The notes under the pieces are model-generated. The model had not been told where the DNA came from. It worked only from the letters and a program-made list of their open reading frames with translations, and did not search any database. A program made the position numbers and the translations under genes. A DNA stretch of 63,659 nucleotides, the filler included, from Octopus bimaculoides (lineage: Eukaryota), in NCBI RefSeq assembly GCF_001194135.2. It is 4 parts of 4 records of this genome, joined end to end, with 100 filler letters (N's around TTAATTAATTAA, not from the genome) between each part and the next. Parts side by side here need not be neighbours in the genome. Positions count along the whole stretch, not along the records: positions 1 to 30,702 come from NC_068983.1; positions 30,803 to 53,165 come from NC_068981.1; 2 more parts are not named here. One strand, written 5' to 3'. Positions within the stretch are counted from its first letter, which is position 1; every line of letters starts with the position of its first letter. Positions 24,004-33,542 of the stretch are shown one piece after another.

Positions 24004-24275
24004 TGAAAACTATATATTTCGAACGGGAATTTGGTAGCGCCACCTCTAGCCAAACAATTATTCTGTTCTGATGAAGGAAATAACCCGGAAATTGCCATAC
24101 ACAGATATTGTTTTGAGCTGAGTGGGGGTGCTAGATTCCCTTGTTCGAAAATATAAGGACACAGATCATGCTGTATAGCCAGCTGGAGATGATTCTCCTG
24201 GGACTAAATTACAGCAACATTCATCCTAAACCAGGAATGCCATGTTATGTTGGCAAACAATCTTTACTCCAAACT
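24004..24275 (+). mobile_element. ~270-bp repeat with degenerate hammerhead (family H2), copy 1
   Basis: Reverse complement of 58830-59099; HHR-like motif at 24062-24105. Confidence 0.7.
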
Positions 24276-26769
24276 ACTGTTGCTAAATATCTCTCGTTGT
24301 GAGATTTATAAATAATAATTTTCTAAAAAACATGAAATTCAAAATGTCTGCAAATATGAAATCCAAACGAATAATTTCAATTTCAGTAATTAATTTTTGA
24401 GTGATTATGTATTTGTAGAGTAGTTTCCCGTCTTCATAAAAACATACAATAAACTCCCATTATTATTATCATCAACACCGTTAGGAAAAATAGAAACAAA
24501 TCATGATAAAATAGATATTAGCAGACATGAAAACAAATGAGGCCAAAAGCAAACAAAAATGTGTAATTTTAGTAGAGCAGGATTTGCAACTGGTGCAAGG
24601 AACAGATATTTAAATATCAATGACTGTCTTGAGAAATTACATCTGGCATTTTGAGTAGAAAAGTCTTTTACATGAAAAGAGAAGCCAAATGAAGGTATCA
24701 AATATTATTTCATATTGATTTTGTTTGATGTGCGAGACACTTTTATGAGAGGGACACGAATGCAAATATTGGACGTCAACAAAACCTCCTATCTCTTTGT
24801 GAAGTATGCGTTGAATCTCTTTAGAAACTGAACAACAGCTAAAACAACAACAACATCAACAAAAATTGACAATTATAGGATAAACAACAGCGATAATAAT
24901 GCTCGACGGCAATAAAGAAAAATAATGTAAATAAATAAAAATAAATAATGATACAAAATTTGCCACGTTTTCTAATAATTTTTTTCTTCTTTATAAATAT
25001 ATATATACTTTTTATTAACCATAATTTTATTCCTCCTTGTAATTTATTTTTAGCTTTCTGTATAAAATAATAGATTAATTATTTGTAAAACCACCATTTC
25101 TTGCTTAAAATTCATTGCTGAGTTGCTGAAAAGCTTGCACAAGGACATATGAACAGACAAAGAAACATCTAAAAAAAATATACATAAATTTATTGGTGGC
25201 TGGAACATTATTACATTGATGCTTAATTATGCAAATTAATACACACTGACACATTTAAATATACACACAGGCACAAAGACACACATACGCACACCACTAA
25301 ACTTCCAAAGACAAGACACCAATATCAAAGCATTGTCCAACCTAATTAGGTTTCCTTTGAATAAAACCAAACATTATCAAAGTAATTAATCCTCACACAC
25401 TATGAATCCGCAAACACTTTAGAAGGCTGAAGGACAACCTGAATAACGAAACTAAGAGATAAGAAATTCACTATCGAGCATAACATATGTGCACTCCCAT
25501 CGTCAGCTGCCCAAACAGATATCACTGTGGTTTTGACACCTGAGCGGTATCATTCAATAGAGCAGTGTCCACAGTGTTAAAAACATAAACACTGCCTGGG
25601 AATCTACCAGCTTACTACTCCAAGTAACAGCACAAGAGTAAACAAACAGTGATAACTTATTGCTACAAAATATTGCCTATANNNNNNNNNNNNNNNNNNN
25701 NNNNNNNNNNNNNNNNNNNNNNNNNNNNNNNNNNNNNNNNNNNNNNNNNNNNNNNNNNNNNNNNNNNNNNNNNNNNNNNNNNNNNNNNNNNNNNNNNNNN
25801 NNNNNNNNNNNNNNNNNNNNNNNNNNNNNNNNNNNNNNNNNNNNNNNNNNNNNNNNNNNNNNNNNNNNNNNNNNNNNNNNNNNNNNNNNNNNNNNNNNNN
25901 NNNNNNNNNNNNNNNNNNNNNNNNNNNNNNNNNNNNNNNNNNNNNNNNNNNNNNNNNNNNNNNNNNNNNNNNNNNNNNNNNNNNNNNNNNNNNNNNNNNN
26001 NNNNNNNNNNNNNNNNNNNNNNNNNNNNNNNNNNNNNNNNNNNNNNNNNNNNNNNNNNNNNNNNNNNNNNNNNNNNNNNNNNNNNNNNNNNNNNNNNNNN
26101 NNNNNNNNNNNNNNNNNNNNNNNNNNNNNNNNNNNNNNNNNNNNNNNNNNNNNNNNNNNNNNNNNNNNNNNNNNNNNNNNNNNNNNNNNNNNNNNNNNNN
26201 NNNNNNNNNNNNNNNNNNNNNNNNNNNNNNNNNNNNNNNNNNNNNNNNNNNNNNNNNNNNNNNNNNNNNNNNNNNNNNNNNNNNNNNNNNNNNNNNNNNN
26301 NNNNNNNNNNNNNNNNNNNNNNNNNNNNNNNNNNNNNNNNNNNNNNNNNNNNNNNNNNNNNNNNNNNNNNNNNNNNNNNNNNNNNNNNNNNNNNNNNNNN
26401 NNNNNNNNNNNNNNNNNNNNNNNNNNNNNNNNNNNNNNNNNNNNNNNNNNNNNNNNNNNNNNNNNNNNNNNNNNNNNNNNNNNNNNNNNNNNNNNNNNNN
26501 NNNNNNNNNNNNNNNNNNNNNNNNNNNNNNNNNNNNNNNNNNNNNNNNNNNNNNNNNNNNNNNNNNNNNNNNNNNNNNNNNNNNNNNTGTTTTTGTTAAA
26601 TATTGTTATTGATTTTGCTGAATAAAATTTATTGTAAAAAAGCCATAATAATTATGTGCCAACCTAATATATATATGTATATATATATATATGTAATACA
26701 TTTCTAAATCTCTCAGAGATTTATGCAGTAGTGATACGATAAAGTAGTTGTATACTGTCAACTTAATGT

Positions 26770-27018
26770 GACAGTCCCATGAAAGGAATAATACTACTGC
26801 TATTTAGCCCTAGGAAGCAGCACCGCTTCCTCTCTGCCTTGACACATTCCCTGTGTCCTTATGTTTACAAGGGAGAGACAAGCACCTCCACTCAGCTGAG
26901 TCTTTGCTCGTCCTCAGTCTGGAGTAGCATGGCCATGCTACTCCAGACTGATGACGAGCAAAGACTCAGAAACTAGTCTCTGGATGCAGGCTTAGCTGAG
27001 TGGAGGTGCTTGTCTCTC
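26770..27018. mobile_element. Head-to-head inverted pair of an HHR-bearing pLTR-like repeat
   Basis: 25-bp perfect outer arms (26873-26897/26994-27018) and 37-bp inner arms (26896-26932/26933-26969, 1 mismatch); left part similar to the 24 kb/59 kb family. Confidence 0.75.
26942..26984 (+). ncRNA. Type I hammerhead ribozyme motif, GUC cleavage site after 26978
   Basis: UCCAGA-CUGAUGA-c-GAG(caaaga)CUC-a-GAAA-C-ua-G-U-C-UCUGGA: 6-bp stem I, palindromic ACUAGU stem III; C.A mismatch at the base of stem II. Confidence 0.75.
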
Positions 27019-27034
27019 ATCCCTATCAAAATTA

Positions 27035-27235
27035 AATGTTTGTGTGTGTGTGTGTGTGTGTATTTGTTTGTCTGTTTGTCCCCCAGCATCGCTTGACAAC
27101 TGATGCTGGTGTGTTTACGTCCCCCCGTAACTTAGCCGTTCGGCAAAAGAGACCTATAGAATAAGTACTAGGCTTAAAAAGAATAAGTCCTGGGGGTCGA
27201 TTTGTTCAACTAAAAGGCAGTGCTCCAGCAAGTAA
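27035..27235 (+). mobile_element. SINE family B 3' half
   Basis: (TG)n then ttgtcccccagcatcgcttgacaactgatgctggtgtgtttacgtcccc...gcagtgctccagca. Confidence 0.8.
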
Positions 27236-27984
27236 AAGGAAAGAAGAAATACCTTTGAACATAAAGCTCCAGCAAGACTCTGCCTTTTGACTTAAATGTA
27301 ATTTAAGAGCATAATCTAAATAGTAACACTTTAATGTAGACCGTTTGAGAAAGGATGCTATTGAAGGGGTTAACAGACAAGGCTGTGAAACCCTAAATAG
27401 TCTATTACACATTATCAGGCTATTCTTAAAGTTCAGCACATTCATTATTCAAAGATAATATCTCATAGATCATTCTTATTTATGACACTTGCTATATTCT
27501 AGTATATTGCTGACTTCATTGATCAGCTACAAGGTCAATATTTACTGGGCAGGTGTATAGCATGGTTAATTGAATTATAACAATTTATTACTGGTATTTA
27601 CATTATTGAAGCCAACGAGATATAAATCAAATATGATGTTGACAGTTTTCATACCCAGATAAAAGAGAGATTATGGCTAAACACTGTCATTATGCCCTTC
27701 ACTGTCTCAATTTTCCATCCACTCTGCTATTCCATATTCTTGTATAATTGTGATTTATTTCAAGATAAAGGATGCTACTTTAAATGCCATGGTGGCTGAA
27801 GCTGTATGGATGTTGAGAAGATATTTTCAAGTCAGTGAGAAGATCTTCTCTAAAGCTGTTGTCACAATAAACACATTTTCTCTGTTCTCTTTTGGATTCA
27901 AGTGAGAATGATGAAAGCTCTGAGCTTCAGAATTGAACTTTTATAGAGCAGGATGGAAAAACTAAATGCAATCCTCCCACACTT

Positions 27985-28165
27985 GGTACAGGCATGACCG
28001 GGTGGTAAGTTACTTGCTTTCAAACCACATGATTGCAGGCTCCGTCCCACTACATGGCACCTAGGGCGAATATTTTTTATAGCCTTGTGTTCACAAAAGC
28101 CTTGTGAATGGATTTAGTAGATAGAAACTGAGAGAAGCCTGTTGTATATTTACATATGTGTGTAT
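27985..28165 (+). mobile_element. SINE family B 5' half
   Basis: gggtggtaagttacttgct...caaaagccttgtgaatggatttagtagatagaaactga. Confidence 0.75.
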
Positions 28166-29299
28166 CTGTGTGTGTGTGTATATATATTTCGTTTTTTCCA
28201 GTGCTAAATAGGAAATATATGTAGCAGGTAATCCTACCCCCATACCCACAGTTTATATTTATATACAGGTAGAATNNNNNNNNNNNNNNNNNNNNNNNNN
28301 NNNNNNNNNNNNNNNNNNNNNNNNNNNNNNNNNNNNNNNNNNNNNNNNNNNNNNNNNNNNNNNNNNNNNNNNNNNATTGTATTTGAACTTGTGAAAGCAG
28401 TGTAAAAGAAATAGTTTCTATGGAAAGTGGAAAGATCAGCAAGAAAAGAATTGTTAACAAGAAAGGTTTTTCAATTAACCACAGATTAGTTGCTACAGCA
28501 CTGAATCCATGCGCCTTCGTTCTACCATACTGCTAATGGCGATAATACTGTTCTTATACTCCAGTGACTTCAGTAAGAACCAATCTATGTAAAAATATAA
28601 TGTAAATCAAGAAAGAAAGAAGAAAAGGAAGAAGTGGATGTAGAATGAGAAAAAGAAGAAGACAGAGGGAAAGAAATAATGAATGACTGCGTAATTTTGA
28701 AAATGCAGCGAAACTGAAAAGCGCAGGATTTATTCAAACGAGATAGGTGTTGTAGTTGTTGGAAATGGAGAAAATGTCTGTGTTATCGTGTTAAGAGAAA
28801 GAAAGAAAAGACGATGAGAAAAAGAAAGGGCTGCAAAGGAAGAAAAGAAGGAAGAAAGCGAGAGAAGGAAAGAAGAAAAGAAAGAAATTAAAAGAATTTA
28901 AAACGTTTACTTTCTTTTTTTTTTTGCTTGTCTTCTTTAAATTAATGCTACCAAGATAATGACAAAATAATGTTGATGTCATCACTTTTCAGATGCAAAC
29001 AGAAAGGAAAAGAAACAAAAAAAAAAAGGAAAAAAAGCAGGATCGTGTTAAGATGTAATTATTGAAGGATTTCACAGATTTTGCACACAGAAAGCAACAC
29101 GAGAAACAGCAACAACAACAATAACAACAAGACTAAAAACAGCAACAACATGAAATTGTAATGATACCAAAATATAAAGAAGTGACAAAAATGTATTAAT
29201 TCTTACTATTCTCAAAGTTGAAAATACAGCATTTTATTCTTTGCATTATGGAGAAACAGGTATTTCGGTCTACTTCTTTACAACATAATATCATCATAT

Positions 29300-29370
29300 G
29301 GGCATATGGCGTAGTGGTTAAGAGCGACGGCTACTAACCCCAAGCTACTGAGTTCAATTCCAAACAGTGA

Positions 29371-29406
<36 letters not shown>

Positions 29407-29606
29407 TAATAATAATGATAATAATAATAGTAACAACATCGGAAAATATCTCAGGAATGAGAACCCAGGTTCGAAATTTCCTCAAGACACCTGATGAAGG
29501 CTGGAGGGTATATCAGCCGAAACGTTGTGTTAACAACAAACAAGATGACGACAAATATCCGTCAAATGTAAATAATGTAAATAATGTACATAATTCCTCA
29601 TCTCTT
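29300..29606 (+). mobile_element. tRNA-headed SINE-like element: Pol III boxes + (AAT)n + HHR-containing pLTR-like tail
   Basis: A box TGGCGTAGTGG (29307-29317), B box GAGTTCAATTCC (29350-29361), (AAT)n ~29375-29430, then the ~190-bp repeat with HHR at 29486-29531. Confidence 0.75.
29486..29531 (+). ncRNA. Minimal type I hammerhead ribozyme motif (dimer-type)
   Basis: GACAC-CUGAUGA-A-GGCUG(10 nt)CAGCC-GAAA-CG-U-U-GUGUU. Confidence 0.7.
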
Positions 29607-30035
29607 NNNNNNNNNNNNNNNNNNNNNNNNNNNNNNNNNNNNNNNNNNNNNNNNNNNNNNNNNNNNNNNNNNNNNNNNNNNNNNNNNNNNNNNNNNNNNN
29701 NNNNNNNNNNNNNNNNNNNNNNNNNNNNNNNNNNNNNNNNNNNNNNNNNNNNNNNNNNNNNNNNNNNNNNNNNNNNNNNNNNNNNNNNNNNNNNNNNNNN
29801 NNNNNNNNNNNNNNNNNNNNNNNNNNNNNNNNNNNNNNNNNNNNNNNNNNNNNNNNNNNNNNNNNNNNNNNNNNNNNNNNNNNNNNNNNNNNNNNNNNNN
29901 NNNNNNNNNNNNNNNNNNNNNNNNNNNNNNNNNNNNNNNNNNNNNNNNNNNNNNNNNNNNNNNNNNNNNNNNNNNNNNNNNNNNNNNNNNNNNNNNNNNN
30001 NNNNNNNNNNNNNNNNNNNNNNNNNNNNNNNNNNN

Positions 30036-30420
30036 GTTTGGGGGCGAGGGAGGGGGCTAGCATTTACCACATTCAGATGGTGCTTTTTAGGCGTTACCAG
30101 CACAGGACAGGACCCAGTTAGGGCGGTGGGGTCTGGCATCGAACACGTTCAGATGGTGCTCTTACATGCCACCAGCACAGGAGCCAGTTAGGCGGCACTG
30201 CCATCGGCCACAACTACAATTTCCATTTTGATTTCGATTCGATTGAGATTCTGATTGTGATTTTGATTTTTGATTTTACTTGACTCAATAGGTCTCCTCA
30301 AGCACGACGTGTCACCCGACAATTCAAAGGTACTTTTAAATGGGCTGGTTATGTGGCACAGTTTACACGACACTGGTATAGGCTGTGGCTGTGATCTCAG
30401 TTTACTTGCCAGGTCTTCTC
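30036..30420 (-). mobile_element. Family C-related repeat, 5' portion
   Basis: gtgctttttag/gtgctcttacatgccaccagcacaggagccagt units are reverse complements of the family C ~60-bp units. Confidence 0.6.
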
Positions 30421-30449
30421 AATATATCAGGTAATATTCTTTTATTCTT

Positions 30450-30656
30450 TAATTCTTTTACTTGGTTCAGTCATTTGACTGTAGCCATGCTGGAGCACTG
30501 CCTTTAGTGGAACAAATTAATCCCAGGACTTATTCTTTGTAAGCCTAGTACATATTCTATTAGGCTCTTTTGCTGAACTGCTTAGTTACAGGGGTGTAAA
30601 CACACCAACATTGGGTGTCAAGTGAAGATGGGGAGACAAACACAGACACACAAACA

Positions 30657-30700
<44 letters not shown>
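30450..30700 (-). mobile_element. SINE family B 3' half
   Basis: cagtcatttgactgtagccatgctggagcactgcc...aagcctagtac. Confidence 0.8.
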
Positions 30701-30702
<2 letters not shown>

Positions 30703-30802
30703 NNNNNNNNNNNNNNNNNNNNNNNNNNNNNNNNNNNNNNNNNNNNTTAATTAATTAANNNNNNNNNNNNNNNNNNNNNNNNNNNNNNNNNNNNNNNNNN
30801 NN

Positions 30803-31566
30803 CAGAAAGTCATGAAGCCATTCTCCCAATTTTCCAACTAAGCCGAGATCACGCAGTTTGTGACATATCATTCTATGATCGACTTTATCAAAGGTCTTTG
30901 CAAAGTCGAGATATATCACTTCCCCATTTGAGTGGTTAAGTAGCTGTTTCAGCACCCAGTCATAGTGTTGTAAGAGCTGAGTCAGGCAGCTTCTTCCTGG
31001 TCGGAAACCATGCTGGGTGTCAGACAGCAAGTCATTTTCTTCAAGGAAGGCGATTAGTTTTCTTCTAACTATTCGTTCCATGACCTTGCTGATGTGTGAG
31101 GTGAGAGGGATAGGTCTGTAGTTCTTGGCCTCCGCTCTCCTACCTCCTTTATGAATAGGGCATATTTTCCCCTCCTTCAGTTTTTTTGGGAGTTTGCCAG
31201 ATGCAAGGAAGCTCTGAAAGAGGGACTGCAGTGGTCTTGCTAGGACTCGTTTACATACCTTTAGAAGGATTGCTGGGAATCCACCAGGGCCAGTAGCTGA
31301 GTTTGGGTTCAATTCATTTATAGCCCTTATTACATCGTCTTCCTTTATATCGATGTAATCAGTCATCATTGCCTCTGCTTTTATATCTGCAGTGGTAAAA
31401 AAGTCAGTTGGATTGCTGACTTGAAAGCGCCCTAGGGGTGGAGTGAAAACACTTTTGAATTGTTCATTTAGTATTTCACTTATCCTCCTTGGGTTTCCTG
31501 TTAGTGCACCATCTTTTTCAAGGAGTGGCCCTATCCTGCAGTGCACTGAAACTGTTTCTTTGGCAA
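30803..31566 (-). mobile_element. CR1/L2 (Jockey-group) LINE reverse transcriptase fragment, bounded by gaps
   Basis: Stop-free ~254 codons: EILNEQFKSVFT...GPGGFPAILLK...PIHKGG...NYRPIPLTSHISKVMERIV...QHGFRPGRSCLTQLL...VIYLDFAKTFDKVDH. Confidence 0.95.
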
Positions 31567-32264
31567 ANNNNNNNNNNNNNNNNNNNNNNNNNNNNNNNNN
31601 NNNNNNNNNNNNNNNNNNNNNNNNNNNNNNNNNNNNNNNNNNNNNNNNNNNNNNNNNNNNNNNNNNNNNNNNNNNNNNNNNNNNNNNNNNNNNNNNNNNN
31701 NNNNNNNNNNNNNNNNNNNNNNNNNNNNNNNNNNNNNNNNNNNNNNNNNNNNNNNNNNNNNNNNNNNNNNNNNNNNNNNNNNNNNNNNNNNNNNNNNNNN
31801 NNNNNNNNNNNNNNNNNNNNNNNNNNNNNNNNNNNNNNNNNNNNNNNNNNNNNNNNNNNNNNNNNNNNNNNNNNNNNNNNNNNNNNNNNNNNNNNNNNNN
31901 NNNNNNNNNNNNNNNNNNNNNNNNNNNNNNNNNNNNNNNNNNNNNNNNNNNNNNNNNNNNNNNNNNNNNNNNNNNNNNNNNNNNNNNNNNNNNNNNNNNN
32001 NNNNNNNNNNNNNNNNNNNNNNNNATATATATATATATATATATAACTCTGATTTATTTTGTTTATTTTGGCGAAATGTGCAAAGGCTCTGAAATGAAGT
32101 GAGAATGAGAAAACGAGTGAAAGTATATACAAATACGTTCAAGCATAAATGCAAACACACGGTGAAGAGAAGCAAAGAATAGTGGAAATGTCAAAAACCT
32201 TAATTTCACGCAAAACAAAAACATATTTAGAGCAATAGCAAATCAGTTGTGTGACTGGAGAAAA

Positions 32265-33542
32265 TATCAGGTCATCCCATATGTTCTGTCCGATTTTAAC
32301 CTTTTTAAAATTGAATGAAATTTAATAGTATTTTAGAAGGTTTAATGGAATTAAAAATTATTTTTATGCATTTGTGTACATTTAAACTAATCAAATATTA
32401 TTTTACAGAATAATAGAATTAAATTTTCTTTCATTAAAACCCTTTCTAATATGGAAGTATCCAAACAGCATTTAAGGCACATAATGCTTTGAGTACAAAA
32501 AAAGAAACCCTGCAGCCGAATCGACTCGAAACATACACTCAGTTTATGGCAAAGAATGCTTGAATGAAAGAACTTGCCGAAGATGATTTTCAAATTGAGA
32601 AGTGGAGATTTCAGCCTTGAAGATGAAGATCAAACAGGACATCCAGTTGAGTTTGATTATAAGCTCCTTGAGGCATTATTTGAAAAGAAATCATGCATTA
32701 TCACTTGAAGAATTGGCAATAAAGCTTAGTTCAAAATATACAACTGTTCATGGTCATCTTGAACAACTTGGAAAGGTTCCTAAACTTGGAAAATGGGTGC
32801 CTCATGAATTGTCCGAAAGCAACCACAAATCCCGTGTTGACATCTGCTCTTCTCTTCATTCTCGCGAACTCATTGCACCCTTTTTGGATAGACTGGTGAC
32901 GAAAAATGGATCTTCTATCGAAATGTTAAACGTCGTAAACAGTGACTTGGTTAAAGGGAAAAAAGCTCAACCACAACCGAGAACGGAACTTCATAGAAAA
33001 AGGTTCTTCTCTCTATCTGGTTGGATTGCAAAGGAGTAATTCACTTCGAATTGTTACCATCTAATGCAAAAATCAATGTTCAAGTCAGTAATTAGAGTGT
33101 TTCAACCAAGCTTTGAGGAATAAAAGACCCGCTTTAGTGAATCGAAAATGAGTGATGTCTCGTCAGGACAATGCTCGATCCCCACACTGCAAAGATCACA
33201 TCACAGAAGTTCGAAGAGCTTGGTTGAGAAAAAAATTCCTCATCCTCCTTATTCTCCCGACCTTGCTCCTTCAGACAACCATTTTTTTCGTAGTTTACAG
33301 AATTATTTGGGGGACATAATTTCCACAAGCCAGGAGGAGGTCAAAACTGACATTTCAGAGTTCTTCGCTTTGAAACTAAAAGAGTTTTACATTTATGGGA
33401 TCAAAAAGCTTGTAAATAGGAGGAAGGAAGTCATAGATAATCAGGGAAAGTACAGTAATGATTAAATTTCAATTGAACATAACATTTGATCACTTGTTTT
33501 CTTTATTTGAAATTTCGACAGAACTTATGGGATGACCTGACA
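32265..33542 (+). mobile_element. Full-length (~1.28 kb) decayed mariner element with both TIRs
   Basis: TIR tcaggtcatcccatatgttctgtc vs reverse complement of gacagaacttatgggatgacctga; LGKWVPHELS, QDNARSH, HPPYSPDLAPSDNHFFRSL; frameshifted. Confidence 0.95.

Noticed and set aside
27760-27940. Short plus-strand open frame IKDATLNAMVAEAVWMLRRYF...
   Set aside because: Under 60 codons, weak splice sites, no recognisable family
30747-30758. TTAATTAATTAA island inside N runs (also 53210-53221 and 58160-58171)
   Set aside because: Each is exactly 44 N + 12 nt + 44 N = 100 bp with stops in all six frames: a synthetic scaffold spacer, not biology. Distances and adjacency across these points are unverified.
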